Positions 1 through 10,344 of a stretch of DNA of 64,000 nucleotides are shown one piece after another. The first letter of the stretch is position 1. Every line of letters starts with the position of its first letter. Location: the NCBI GenBank assembly GCA_041740355.1, contig JBGSMD010000013.1:68146-132145 (forward strand), given 5' to 3'. Source of the DNA: Bdellovibrionota bacterium. GTDB taxonomy: Bacteria; Bdellovibrionota_C; UBA2361; CALJRW01. The translations under genes were made by a program, and so were the position numbers. Below the pieces are notes generated by a model that saw nothing but the letters and a program-made list of their open reading frames with translations, was not told the DNA's origin and ran no database searches.

Positions 1-1
1 T

Positions 2-1174
2 CAGATTTTAACTTGGCAAGATGATACTCTTAAGATGCATGAAGGTGGTAAACTTATAACTCAGCCGAAAGTGAAGATTCGTAATAGTGATGAATTATCT
101 AGAGCATATACCCCAGGTGTCGCAAGAGTTTGCCAACTGATCCACGAGTTCCCTGAGCAAGCTTATCAATATACAATTAAGAATGATTGTGTTGCCGTCA
201 TTACAGATGGTACAGCAGTATTAGGGCTTGGTGATATCGGTCCAGCAGCAGCTATGCCAGTGATGGAAGGGAAGGCTGTGCTTTTCAAAGAGTTTGCTGG
301 AGTAAACTCGTTTCCAATTTGTTTGGATACTAAGGATACAGAAGAGATTATTAAAACAGTAATTTATTTGGCACCAACATTTGGAGCTATCAACTTAGAG
401 GATATCTCGGCTCCTCGATGTTTTGAGATTGAGGAAAGACTAATTGAGGCCCTCGATATTCCAGTTTTTCATGATGACCAACATGGAACTGCCGTGGTTG
501 TTCTAGCAGGGGTTTATAATGCATTAAAGGTTTTAGATCGCAAACTTGAAGATTTAAAGATTGTAGTTAATGGATTTGGAGCAGGTGGAGTCGCTTGTAT
601 TAAGATTTTATTAGAAGCTGGTGCTAAGAATATTATAGCATGTGATACCTCAGGAATTGCTTATCGTGGACGTACTAAAGGTATGAACCCGATGAAAGAG
701 GAGTTGGTGAAGGTGACTAACCCAGAAAACATCTCAGGGACGTTGGGGGATGCTTTGGTTGGGGCGGATATGTTCCTAGGGTTATCGCAGCCTGGAGTTG
801 TTACGCGCGAGATGATTAGTACAATGAATAAGAATCCTTTGATATTTACATTGGCTAATCCAGTGCCAGAGATTTTTCCTGATGAAATAGCTGATATTGC
901 AGGTGTTATTGCAACAGGGCGCTCTGATTATCCAAACCAAGTAAATAACGTGCTGTGTTTTCCAGGAATTATTAAGGGTGCGATGCTTTGTCGTGCACGC
1001 AAGATTACCATGGGAATGAAATTAGCGGCAGCGAGAGCCATTGCAGATAGCATTGCACCAGATCAGCTTAATAAGTATTTGATTATTCCAAATGTTTTTA
1101 ATCCGATGGTTGCTAGCAAGGTGACTGAAGCGGTGATGCAACAAGCTAAAATTGATGGAGTATCCAGAATTTAA
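2..1174 (+). CDS. NAD(P)-dependent malic enzyme, 5' end probably outside the window
   Basis: AYTPGVA, GDIGPAAAMPVMEGK, HDDQHGTA and TGRSDYPNQVNN motifs; the frame is open from position 2 upstream of the ATG at 35. Confidence 0.92.
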   Translation, partial: QILTWQDDTLKMHEGGKLITQPKVKIRNSDELSRAYTPGVARVCQLIHEFPEQAYQYTIKNDCVAVITDGTAVLGLGDIGPAAAMPVMEGKAVLFKEFAGVNSFPICLDTKDTEEIIKTVIYLAPTFGAINLEDISAPRCFEIEERLIEALDIPVFHDDQHGTAVVVLAGVYNALKVLDRKLEDLKIVVNGFGAGGVACIKILLEAGAKNIIACDTSGIAYRGRTKGMNPMKEELVKVTNPENISGTLGDALVGADMFLGLSQPGVVTREMISTMNKNPLIFTLANPVPEIFPDEIADIAGVIATGRSDYPNQVNNVLCFPGIIKGAMLCRARKITMGMKLAAARAIADSIAPDQLNKYLIIPNVFNPMVASKVTEAVMQQAKIDGVSRI

Positions 1175-2116
1175 ATGATTATCAGCTTGTGTTGGTTAGC
1201 TTTCGGATTAGTTTTTTTAATTTTAGGTGCTGATTATCTAATTAAGGCTTCCTGTGCAATCGCCCAAAAATTAAACATTTCACCACTTATTGTGGGGTTG
1301 ACCGTAGTTGCATTTGGAACTTCTGCTCCTGAATTATTCGTCTCGGTTGGTTCAGCTCTCAAAGGTAATGCTGATTTCGCTATCGGAAATGTGGTTGGTA
1401 GTAATATTTTCAATATCTTAGGAATCATTGGAATTGCTGTTATTTTAAAACCAATCACATTTAGTAGGCAGTTAGTAAATCGAGAGATTCCAATAATGTT
1501 GTTTGTTTTAGGTTTGTTCTATTGGTTTGCGTCGACTGGATATATGAGCCGAGTTCATGGGTTGATATTATTAGTATTAATTGTGGCATATGTGGCGTAT
1601 TTGATCATAGGTTCAAAACAAAGTCTTGGTGAGGCGCTTGAAGGGCAAAAAAATTGGAGTATCAAAGTCGCTTGTGTTGTAGTTGCAGCAAGTCTTTTAG
1701 TGATGGTAGGTAGCTCCACAGTTATAATTGATAATGCAGTATTAATTGCTCGGAGCATTGGAGTATCGGATTTAGTGATTGGTATAACTATCTTGGCTGT
1801 CGGTACATCTTTACCTGAGCTTGCAGCAACATATTCCTCTACAAAACAAGGGCATCCAGATCTTGCTGTCGGCAATGCTGTGGGTAGTAATATTTTTAAT
1901 GTATTAACTGTAATAGGTCTCACTTGTTTAATTCAACCGTTAGTAATCAATCCAAGTAGTTTAAGGCTTGATTTTCCAATGATGTTTTTTGGATGTTTGG
2001 CATTCTGGTTATTAATTCTTTGGAAAAAAACATTAGGTAAGCGGGAAGGGTTTTATATGCTAGGTCTCTATGCCTTGTACGTTACATTGTCGGTGTTCAA
2101 TGGAGCAGTTTCATGA
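1175..2116 (+). CDS. Calcium/sodium antiporter (YrbG/CaCA family)
   Basis: Two alpha repeats (GTSAPE and GTSLPE), GNVVGSNIFN motifs, multi-pass hydrophobic protein. Confidence 0.92.
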   Translation: MIISLCWLAFGLVFLILGADYLIKASCAIAQKLNISPLIVGLTVVAFGTSAPELFVSVGSALKGNADFAIGNVVGSNIFNILGIIGIAVILKPITFSRQLVNREIPIMLFVLGLFYWFASTGYMSRVHGLILLVLIVAYVAYLIIGSKQSLGEALEGQKNWSIKVACVVVAASLLVMVGSSTVIIDNAVLIARSIGVSDLVIGITILAVGTSLPELAATYSSTKQGHPDLAVGNAVGSNIFNVLTVIGLTCLIQPLVINPSSLRLDFPMMFFGCLAFWLLILWKKTLGKREGFYMLGLYALYVTLSVFNGAVS

Positions 2117-2907
2117 TGTCTGATATTTTCAACGCAGTCATTCTTGGTATCGTTGAAGGATTAACGGAATTCTTACCAATCTCGAGCACAGGACATCTGA
2201 TTTTAGTTGGTAAGTTTCTGGGGTTTGAAGATGAATTTGCCGATACCTTTTCGGTATTTATTCAGTTTGGTGCTATCTTGGCGGTACTTGTACTCTACAA
2301 AGATAAGTTCATGAATTTGTTAAATTTTAAATCAGAATCCAGATTCTCAGGGACCTCGGGGATTATGAAGTTGGGGTTGGCTACTTTTCCCGCGCTGTTT
2401 TTTGGTTTGATAGCATATAAGTTTATCAAGACTCATCTCTTCAATTCGACTACTGTAGCTATTGGCTTAATTTTGGGCGGTATTGTCCTTGTGTTGATCG
2501 AGGGATTGGTTAAAAAGCCAAGCAAAAGTTCAGATGGAGACCTTTCTTATTTAGATTGTATTAAAATTGGATTTTTTCAGTGCTTAGCAATGTGCCCCGG
2601 AGTTTCTCGATCAGGAAGTACCATCGTAGGTGCGATGCTACTTGGCTGTGAAAAAAAGATGGCAGCTGAGTTCTCCTTCTTTCTAGCCGTTCCAACAATG
2701 TTTGCAGCAGTTGGTTATGACCTCTATAAGAGTTGGAGATTTCTCCAACCGGAGCATTTTCCCATTTTAGCGGTTGGCTTTGTCGTCTCATTTATAGTTG
2801 CTATTATTGCAATCAAATTTTTCATTGCGTTATTAAATAGATTTTCCTTGAAGCCTTTTGGGTATTATCGCATAATTATTGGGATTCTAATCTTGTTCCT
2901 GTTCTAA
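2113..2907 (+). CDS. uppP: Undecaprenyl-diphosphate phosphatase
   Basis: VEGLTEFLPISSTGH and PGVSRSGSTI signature motifs. Confidence 0.95.
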   Translation: MMSDIFNAVILGIVEGLTEFLPISSTGHLILVGKFLGFEDEFADTFSVFIQFGAILAVLVLYKDKFMNLLNFKSESRFSGTSGIMKLGLATFPALFFGLIAYKFIKTHLFNSTTVAIGLILGGIVLVLIEGLVKKPSKSSDGDLSYLDCIKIGFFQCLAMCPGVSRSGSTIVGAMLLGCEKKMAAEFSFFLAVPTMFAAVGYDLYKSWRFLQPEHFPILAVGFVVSFIVAIIAIKFFIALLNRFSLKPFGYYRIIIGILILFLF

Positions 2908-3935
2908 TGTCCTTTTTTCGCATTGTTTTTGTAATCTTATTTTTTTTGAGTTCAACGCAACTTTGTGCTGAGCAGAAAGATATCGTTCGTATCGCTATTA
3001 TTACTGATTTAACCGGGGCAGGATCTTTTTGGGGAAGCCAGACTGTCTTAGGGGCAGATCAAGCGGCAAAAGAGATTAATCAAGAACAAGAATTGGTAAA
3101 GTTATTCGTATATGATTCTAAGCTACAACCTAAGGATGCAATCGCGGCAGCTCAGAAGGCTTTGTTTGTTGATCAAGTTGACGCGGTCTTTTCTGATTTT
3201 GCTGCGCCATCAATTGCTATTTCTGAATTAGTTGAACAGCAAGGAAAGATATTATTATATGCAGCAGCCGCTAGATCGATACTGACTACTAATAAGTTTG
3301 CCTTTAAAACTTATCTAAATTATATTGATGGTTGTAAATTATTGTCGGAAAGAGCTTTGGCTAGGGGAGCCAAAAGAATTGCCCATCTAAAACCTATTTC
3401 TGAATTTGGAGATCTTTGTGAGCAGGGAGTTATTCAAGTAATCCCAAAGCATGAGCTAGCTGAATTTAATTATGGCGCGGATGTCCTAACTCAAATTAAA
3501 AAATTCCAATCAAAGAAAGTAGATGCAATTATTTCTATGGCATATGTGCCGGATTTGCATAATTTAGTTAAAGCCTTATCGCAGTATAATTTTAAACCAA
3601 AGATTTTTACATCAACAGAAACTGTTACACCTGAGTTATTAAAGCAGTTCCCAAGTTTTAAAGGTCAGTTCGTTGGTTTTGGGTATCCTAAAACTCCAGA
3701 TCATTTTGTGCAGAAAGTTCGCACTTCATTTCCTAGTCGTGAAATTAATTATGCGCCAACAGTATTGGCTACGTATGTTCATATCAAGCAGCTTTATCAC
3801 GCACTGAGTATTTGCTCTACAAAAGGTATCGAATGTCAGGTGAAGGAGCTAGGGGAGGTGAAGGATTCGGAGTTCGGGATCTTTACTTTCAAAGAGCGCG
3901 AAGCTGATGTGCCGATTGTACTTAGTGAATTTTAA
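2907..3935 (+). CDS. ABC transporter substrate-binding protein (branched-chain amino acid/LivJ-like fold)
   Basis: Signal peptide, IAIITDLTGAGSFWG, AAKEIN and DSKLQP patterns typical of periplasmic binding protein type 1. Confidence 0.7.
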   Translation: MSFFRIVFVILFFLSSTQLCAEQKDIVRIAIITDLTGAGSFWGSQTVLGADQAAKEINQEQELVKLFVYDSKLQPKDAIAAAQKALFVDQVDAVFSDFAAPSIAISELVEQQGKILLYAAAARSILTTNKFAFKTYLNYIDGCKLLSERALARGAKRIAHLKPISEFGDLCEQGVIQVIPKHELAEFNYGADVLTQIKKFQSKKVDAIISMAYVPDLHNLVKALSQYNFKPKIFTSTETVTPELLKQFPSFKGQFVGFGYPKTPDHFVQKVRTSFPSREINYAPTVLATYVHIKQLYHALSICSTKGIECQVKELGEVKDSEFGIFTFKEREADVPIVLSEF

Positions 3936-4244
3936 GTTTTGGCTGAATTTCAGCAGTTTTCTGGACACGGACTCCTAGTGATGAGTTAAATCCCAAGTCT
4001 CTATAATAATACTGGTATGGAACTTAAGTTGTTATTTGATAATGTAAGCCCATCAATCAATGAAAGTTAATAGCTAATCCACCTTTTCGCCGCTCTCTTA
4101 CAAATATTAGAATCAAATTCCTATATTAACTTTCCATTGCAAGACTTAGGAATTCTTAACGACGATTATGATGGTAAAGTAAAATTGCTTGTTGATTTTA
4201 AGTCATGAGTAAAGATTAGCTGACAGCTAAGGAAGGAAAAATAG

Positions 4245-4598
4245 TTAAAATGCACTCATCTTGATTTTTACCCAAATAAATACGAGTAGATACCAAGCAA
4301 CGTAATTACAAAGTGAGGATAAAACTAACGATGTAAAAAAGACGATAACTACATCTTTAAAATATTTAAATGCATTTGTTTGGGTGTGGATTAAGTCTTT
4401 TAAGCTCAGTGGAAAAAGTAAGAACAGCATTGGGCCAAAAAAATTTAAAGGGAAAAAATCCGAAACTTTTTTTATTTGATATGTAATAAAGGAATAATGC
4501 CAAAAAAGAATAATTATCATGGTAGTTATGGCAATTCTCCAACGATAGTGCGGGAGGGGAGTGGTTTCAATTTTAATTTTTACTTCTTGATTATCCAT
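4245..4598 (-). CDS. Hypothetical membrane protein
   Basis: 117-aa ORF with about three hydrophobic segments, co-oriented with 4621..5046. Confidence 0.45.
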   Translation of the reverse strand: MDNQEVKIKIETTPLPHYRWRIAITTMIIILFWHYSFITYQIKKVSDFFPLNFFGPMLFLLFPLSLKDLIHTQTNAFKYFKDVVIVFFTSLVLSSLCNYVAWYLLVFIWVKIKMSAF

Positions 4599-4620
4599 AA
4601 ACTAATTTCAAATCCAAAGT

Positions 4621-5046
4621 TTATTTTTCGGGCCAAAGATGATCTGATTTTTCACTTGGCGAACCAATATTGCTATCCCAGAAGAATACATGTGCTGGCG
4701 CATAAGCTGTTCTAGTCCAAATCATAAATGCATTCTGCTCACCTTTCATCATCACTTCAAGTGAATCTGACTTCTGCATTTTCTTTGTAAGTCGGTTGTA
4801 ACATTCTTGATTGTTACAAGTTAAATAGTTTTGGTGTACTTTAAAATATTCTTCCTGGGCCCAAGCAAAATTTTTTAACTCATATTTTGCAGCAGCAATG
4901 TAGCCTCGATGTGGAGAGGATTCAATTGACTCCCTACCAATCATCGGAGCATTGAGTTGAAATTTATATTTAGTATAACGTAGCAAGGTTAATCCAACTA
5001 TAATTACACTAACTACAAAAATAGTAATTACTAAATTTTTAATCAT
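4621..5046 (-). CDS. Type IV pilin-like protein lacking a canonical prepilin cleavage site
   Basis: N-terminal hydrophobic helix followed by AAKYELKNFAWAQEEYF, resembling the amphipathic helix of delta-type pilins; Cys pair. Confidence 0.5.
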   Translation of the reverse strand: MIKNLVITIFVVSVIIVGLTLLRYTKYKFQLNAPMIGRESIESSPHRGYIAAAKYELKNFAWAQEEYFKVHQNYLTCNNQECYNRLTKKMQKSDSLEVMMKGEQNAFMIWTRTAYAPAHVFFWDSNIGSPSEKSDHLWPEK

Positions 5047-5193
5047 TTTGAAAAGGTGAATAATAAGTTTTTATAGTATCAATAATATAAATTACTGGAT
5101 ATATGGTAATTCCCATCTTCTGGGACGTATTCGATCCTTAAAAACATTGCTTATCGATATATTGAAAACAAATACAGGGTAACTACTATTCCT

Positions 5194-5378
5194 CTTAAGA
5201 TGGAGTGCTTTTGTAGTATGAAATTTGAATCTGTAGCTGAGGTAAAACAAATTGTTGTCGATTTGATTGAGAACTTTTATAATACTAGTTGATGCTATCC
5301 TTCTATCAACTTAATATCACCTGAAAATTAGAGGCTTAGTTGGTATAATAGAGCATCCATTAAATGAATGGACGTCCA
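5194..5378 (+). mobile_element. IS3-family remnant (degenerate transposase C-terminus plus right end)
   Basis: Translation LKMECFCSMKFESVAEVKQIVVDLIENFYNTS*CYPSINLISPEN* matches the IS3 integrase-core C-terminus pattern (LKxE..F...E....YIE.FYN..R.HS.L...SP); followed by an IR-like end finishing in CA. Confidence 0.7.
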
Positions 5379-5516
5379 TAGCTGATTAAAAAGATTTAAT
5401 TTAAAAACTGTTAGCTGAGTTTTTTTAGGTATTATTATTCACATTAGTATTTTAATATCTCCATTAAATTGGAATATCTTGCATGAGATTAGAAATTAAT
5501 TTTCTTTCATTGGCTT

Positions 5517-6380
5517 ATGGTTATATCTAACAAAATTAATTACCAAAGAAATTTAGCTATCTTATTACCTACTGCATACTTAATTATTGTCTTACTAACT
5601 AGTTTCTTATTTTCTCCAGTGGTCAAATTAATCCTAATGACCGTTGGGCTTTATTATATAATTAAAATATCTAGTGTTATTTTAAATCCACCAAGAAAGA
5701 ATTTTTTCAATAATACAAGTAAATTTATATTTTTCTTTTTTATTTGGCCAGGGATTGATACGAATGTGCTGGAACAAAAGGGAGATAAGTTACCCAAAAG
5801 TTATTTATTAAATGGCCTCAGTTGTATGTTACTTGCGCTAGCTATGGTGATTGTCTTCTGTTTTGGAACAATCAATAAAGAGTTACTTGGATGGGTTGGA
5901 ATAATTCCATTCTTTTTGTTTTTCCATTTTGGTCTTTCTCAAGTAATATTTTATTATTCAAGATTAATTGGATTAAATACTAATAATCCTTTTAATAATC
6001 CCTTTTTGGCAAATTCATTAACTGACTTTTGGAGTAAACGTTGGAACCAACCATATGTCGAGATGAATAAACTATACTTTACACCATTACTTTCAAACGC
6101 CATTAGATCAAAGCAAAAAGTATTTATTGTGATCTTTCTTATTTCTGGTGTGCTTCATGAACTCGCGCTATCTTACCCAGTAAACAGTGGATATGGACTA
6201 CCCATGATCTATTTTTTGATTCAACTTATTGTAATTTTGTTACTAAGGAAATTTAATTTTTTACAATATTCTCGAATAACAACTTGGCTAACAATTTTTG
6301 TTCCACTACCGTTGTTGTTTCATGAAGACTTTCGAAATGAGTTTATAATAAAGTTTTATAATTTTTTAACAAACCTATGA
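5517..6380 (+). CDS. Membrane-bound O-acyltransferase (MBOAT-like)
   Basis: PFLANSLTDFWSKRWN and FLISGVLHE (catalytic His) motifs; multi-pass membrane protein. Confidence 0.85.
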   Translation: MVISNKINYQRNLAILLPTAYLIIVLLTSFLFSPVVKLILMTVGLYYIIKISSVILNPPRKNFFNNTSKFIFFFFIWPGIDTNVLEQKGDKLPKSYLLNGLSCMLLALAMVIVFCFGTINKELLGWVGIIPFFLFFHFGLSQVIFYYSRLIGLNTNNPFNNPFLANSLTDFWSKRWNQPYVEMNKLYFTPLLSNAIRSKQKVFIVIFLISGVLHELALSYPVNSGYGLPMIYFLIQLIVILLLRKFNFLQYSRITTWLTIFVPLPLLFHEDFRNEFIIKFYNFLTNL

Positions 6381-6802
6381 GTACGGATTATTTTTTAAAC
6401 TTAATTTTGATTCTAGCTGGATTAGCAAATTTTGCTTGCATTGGTGCTGGAATTCAAATTCCCAAAGTCCTTGATTGGAAAAACGATCTACAAAAGATTC
6501 ACCCTTTCTCCAGAAAAATATTTCTTAACTATTATTTTTATGTTGGCTTAATGATTTTTTCATGGGGAGTAATTTCATTGTTTCTTAGAAAGGAATTATT
6601 AGCTGGAGGTCCTTTAGCTATCGCAATTTTAGTAATTATGCTGTTGTTTTGGTTGATTCGAATTGTTGTCGACTTTTTTTTCTTTGATGCTACAGATTGG
6701 CCTAAGGGTAAGTATTTTCAATTTGGTCATATTATTCTAACAGGAACTTTCTTTTGTTTGGTAGTTGCTTATTCAATTGTGCTTTCCTCGCTTGTTTTTT
6801 AG
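6377..6802 (+). CDS. Four-TM membrane protein coupled to the MBOAT gene
   Basis: ATGA overlap with the MBOAT stop; hydrophobic 141-aa ORF. Confidence 0.7.
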   Translation: MSTDYFLNLILILAGLANFACIGAGIQIPKVLDWKNDLQKIHPFSRKIFLNYYFYVGLMIFSWGVISLFLRKELLAGGPLAIAILVIMLLFWLIRIVVDFFFFDATDWPKGKYFQFGHIILTGTFFCLVVAYSIVLSSLVF

Positions 6803-6812
6803 GAAACATGAT

Positions 6813-7349
6813 ATGAATATTTCAATTATTATCCTCCTTGTATTTATTGGCTTATTGGGGTTTTGGGCGCCCGATACTTTAATTATAACCACACCCGCCT
6901 TCTTAATTATTGTTAGTGTTTTATTTATAAATACGTCATCATCAACAGTGGATAAGATTGGCATGAAGGAAAACGAAGTTATACTAGCCAATCAATATAA
7001 AAGATGGGCTATTCTTAGTTTGTTTTTTGTTCCACCAATTTTATCTTTATTACTCAGCATCGCGAGCGCGGTTACTTCATTTTTGAAATATGGAAAAATT
7101 CCTACTCTTATCGAATTTTTCGTGGGGCCAGTATTCTTATCATTATATCACTTTGCCTGCGCAGAAAAATATATCCAGTTGGTTCTCCTACTTTTATTTT
7201 GGATAGCAATAGTACTTTTTATAAAATGCCTAAAGCATCCTAACCAATCCAATTTTTTAAACTTTATATTTTTATGGATTTTCTTTTTTGTTTTTCCCTT
7301 TTTGCTGATGATAACGGGAATAGGCAGTATCCTTTATTGTGGCCCATAG
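6813..7349 (+). CDS. Hypothetical membrane protein
   Basis: Hydrophobic ORF; ATG at 6813 preferred over 6765, which would overlap the upstream gene. Confidence 0.5.
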   Translation: MNISIIILLVFIGLLGFWAPDTLIITTPAFLIIVSVLFINTSSSTVDKIGMKENEVILANQYKRWAILSLFFVPPILSLLLSIASAVTSFLKYGKIPTLIEFFVGPVFLSLYHFACAEKYIQLVLLLLFWIAIVLFIKCLKHPNQSNFLNFIFLWIFFFVFPFLLMITGIGSILYCGP

Positions 7350-7404
7350 AATTATGAATGATGCCCACTAACGGGGCAGTAGACTGTGCCTTGATAAATG
7401 TAAT

Positions 7405-8853
7405 TTAGTTATATGTCTGATGCCAAGTGCGGATACCATCTCTGATCCAGTTCTCTAAATCACTTTTCTGAGTCCACGTACTATTTTCAGGATGTAGCCC
7501 GTTTTGTGCATTTCCAACAATTGCACCTTTGGAATTATATTCAGTAGTATTTAAAGCTTGATTAGTATCTCGATCAAAAACAGAAACTAAATAGTTTCCC
7601 TGATCATTTTGATTTGCTCTTATTCCTAGATTTCGGTCAGGTATATTTAACTCCAAGTCGATCTGCTTCGTTACTACAGAATTTAAGGCATTTGCAAGGC
7701 TTCGCTCTTTAACAAATTGATTCATCTTTTCTACTTCAGCTTTTCTTTCTTGTTCTGTTTTTTTATCGATCTGTTCCTGCTTCCACTCCTTCATCATTTC
7801 TGGATTACTATATGCACCTATTGGAGGGCGTGGATCGATTGTTGCAGTCTCATTATTAGAAAAGTTATTAGTTGGAGGTATCGTATCTAAATGCGCTACT
7901 ATAATTTTCTCAGTTAGAATTACTGTTCTTTGCTCAACTATTCTACTAGACTGGTTAACTAATTCTGATTCAATTTTGAGTAAATAAGCCTGATATTTAA
8001 CCTCCGTCATTCCGAATTCTAACTCAGCTCGTCTGTTAATAGCTCTAGCCTCAGGATTATCAGAACCATCAGGGTTCAATTCATTAGCAACTTTGGGTTG
8101 GCTTTCTCCATGCCCAACAGCTACCACTCTGTTAGGATTCACACCTAAATCAATTAAGGCATCTCTAAGATCATTTGCTCTTTTTTCCGATAAAACTTGA
8201 TTATACTCTTCGCTGCCAACTGAATCTGTATGTCCAGCAACAGTAAATTTATAGTTTTCTAGCCCCGGTAGACCATCAAGAGATTTAATTGCAACTGCCA
8301 CATTCTCTAAGGCTAGTCTCGCCTTATCGTCCATTAAGGCTTTGTCAAAATGATATTTGATGTCAGTAGAGATGGCTGTTTGGGCAACTTCAAGCTTTTC
8401 ACGAAAATCGCTTAGCTTTTCTCTGATCTGGTGAAAATCAGTCTGAACAAAACGATCGATTTTAATTTGATCCTCTGGTTTAGGAATTATTCTAAAATCG
8501 GGATTTACTCTTCCTAGTGTTAGATTGTTTTCATGTACACTATTTAACTGCGAGTTATGAGCTATACCAGCTTGAGTAGGTTGGATTCCAAAACTACTAT
8601 TTTGTATGATATTTCCAGCTGACGCTTGGTTAGAAGTTGAACTATTCTCAGAGTCTACAGTCTTGCGATTAAATAAATTTCCACCCCCTAACTCCCTTGC
8701 TGCTTCTGCTCTAGGATTTATCGGTGTTAATGTGGCGCTACGTAACTCCTCGATATGATGTTCGAATTGCCTAGTTTCAATAGTTAGTTTGTCGTGTTGT
8801 GTATTTGCTCGATCGTCGACTTTTATAGGGGTTCTATCTAAGACGGGAGGCAT
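7405..8853 (-). CDS. OmpA-like peptidoglycan-binding domain protein
   Basis: VAGHTDSVGSEEYNQVLSEKRA, GHGESQP and RAINRRAE motifs in the middle of the protein. Confidence 0.88.
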   Translation of the reverse strand: MPPVLDRTPIKVDDRANTQHDKLTIETRQFEHHIEELRSATLTPINPRAEAARELGGGNLFNRKTVDSENSSTSNQASAGNIIQNSSFGIQPTQAGIAHNSQLNSVHENNLTLGRVNPDFRIIPKPEDQIKIDRFVQTDFHQIREKLSDFREKLEVAQTAISTDIKYHFDKALMDDKARLALENVAVAIKSLDGLPGLENYKFTVAGHTDSVGSEEYNQVLSEKRANDLRDALIDLGVNPNRVVAVGHGESQPKVANELNPDGSDNPEARAINRRAELEFGMTEVKYQAYLLKIESELVNQSSRIVEQRTVILTEKIIVAHLDTIPPTNNFSNNETATIDPRPPIGAYSNPEMMKEWKQEQIDKKTEQERKAEVEKMNQFVKERSLANALNSVVTKQIDLELNIPDRNLGIRANQNDQGNYLVSVFDRDTNQALNTTEYNSKGAIVGNAQNGLHPENSTWTQKSDLENWIRDGIRTWHQTYN

Positions 8854-9076
8854 ATGTTTTTTAACTACTAAATTATTACCCTATCGATCCTGATCTTAAC
8901 TCTGCTTCAACAAACTTTAATTTTAAGGAATGTGTTAAAATCATCTATAATTGTTATTCCCATCCTCCCTGGAGACAGTCAAAGGCCATTTGGGAATCTC
9001 AAATAGACTCCGCAATGTTAGAGCTTTGTTAAAACAAATTTGGACTGGGCATCATTTGTTCTATAATTAATTCGAC

Positions 9077-9628
9077 TTAAACTCCAAGAATGCGATCTAA
9101 CATAATTGCACAGGCTGATCGGACAGAGAGGTGATTGTAGTCGGTCGGCCCATTAACCGGCTCCAGAAAATAATCAGCACGGCTTAGAAGTTGATCCGAC
9201 ATGCCCCAGCCAGTACCCAGCATTAATAAGTAAGGCTTGTCGTCTTCCATCATTGTTTTCATGTCAGAAAATTTAGTGCGATCGCCGCCTTGGTGTGCCG
9301 ATGTAGAAATTATTTTGGGAAGCTCGCCATGTTCTAGATCTATTAGGTTAATTGCTTCATCCAGATCGTGGACGATTCTTGCTCTTCCTAAAGCTTCCTT
9401 GCGATTTGGATTGTATGTTGCACCAAAGCCAACTTCCCAATGATTTTTTAAAGTTCTGGCTAGTTTTTTGAGCGAAGTTGAGGGGTGGGCAATAAAAAAA
9501 TTATTTACGCCATAGGTGCAACAGCTGCGGCAAATATCATGAAGGTCGATCATTGTTAGTGATGTCGTTACAAGATCACCTTGCTTGTCCATCATTTTAT
9601 CGTGAAGTAAGATTACATTTAAATTCAT
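9077..9628 (-). CDS. SPOUT-class RNA methyltransferase (TrmD-associated family)
   Basis: DLHDICRSCCTYG, LGTGWG and YNHLSVRSACAIMLDR motifs; overlaps the trmD stop. Confidence 0.85.
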   Translation of the reverse strand: MNLNVILLHDKMMDKQGDLVTTSLTMIDLHDICRSCCTYGVNNFFIAHPSTSLKKLARTLKNHWEVGFGATYNPNRKEALGRARIVHDLDEAINLIDLEHGELPKIISTSAHQGGDRTKFSDMKTMMEDDKPYLLMLGTGWGMSDQLLSRADYFLEPVNGPTDYNHLSVRSACAIMLDRILGV

Positions 9629-10335
9629 AAGTCAGGTCTGTTTTTTTTTGTTTTTTTTAATGCCTCAGCCCAACGCCATTTTTTGATATTGGCGTGATTC
9701 CCTGAAAGTAGAACTTCTGGAACACTAAGTCCGGCATATTCAGGTGGGCGAGTATATTGGGGAGATTCTAGTAGTAGTTTGTTTTCGTCCGTAATTGAAA
9801 AGGATTCCTCCAGTAGGGAGTCTGGGTTGCCAATTCCTTCGGTTAGTAGCCGCGTTATTGCTTCAATGATCATCATGGCGGGCACTTCTCCTCCCATACA
9901 GACCACGTCAGCTAAGCAGTATTCTTCGTCAATCTTAAGGTCAATTACGCGTTGATCGACACCTTCATATCTGCCACAAACTATAATCAACTCAGACTCT
10001 TTACTAAGTTCGTTAGCAACTTGTTGCGTAAATTTTTTACCCGACGCGCTTAGTAAGATTTTTTTTGCTTTAGGAAGTTTTACTTCTTCTTCTGAGATCG
10101 CTTGGATTAGAGGTTCAGGTTTAAGTAGCATTCCAGCGCCTCCGCCGTATGTAATATCATCTACTTTAAAGTGGGGAGGTTCTGCAAATCGCCGAAAGTT
10201 AACTAAGTTAATTTCGACGATTTGGTTTTTAATAGCTTTACCGATTAAACTAGCTTCAAGATAACTAGTAAAAAGCTCAGGGAATATTGTTAAGACTGAA
10301 AACTTGTAGGGAACGAGGTTTTTAGTGTCAGACAA
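9625..10335 (-). CDS. trmD: tRNA (guanine-N1)-methyltransferase
   Basis: VDDxxYGGGAGM, CGRYEGVDQRV, GGEVPA and PQYTRP motifs. Confidence 0.96.
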   Translation of the reverse strand: MSDTKNLVPYKFSVLTIFPELFTSYLEASLIGKAIKNQIVEINLVNFRRFAEPPHFKVDDITYGGGAGMLLKPEPLIQAISEEEVKLPKAKKILLSASGKKFTQQVANELSKESELIIVCGRYEGVDQRVIDLKIDEEYCLADVVCMGGEVPAMMIIEAITRLLTEGIGNPDSLLEESFSITDENKLLLESPQYTRPPEYAGLSVPEVLLSGNHANIKKWRWAEALKKTKKNRPDL

Positions 10336-10344
10336 TGTTGTTTA

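Noticed and set aside
1234-1923. Short antisense or alternative-frame ORFs here and at 2561, 9237, 21375, 26207, 26848, 38596, 39505, 41667, 49989, 51471, 52516, 61166 and similar
   Set aside because: Shadow ORFs inside well-supported genes, with no motifs of their own.
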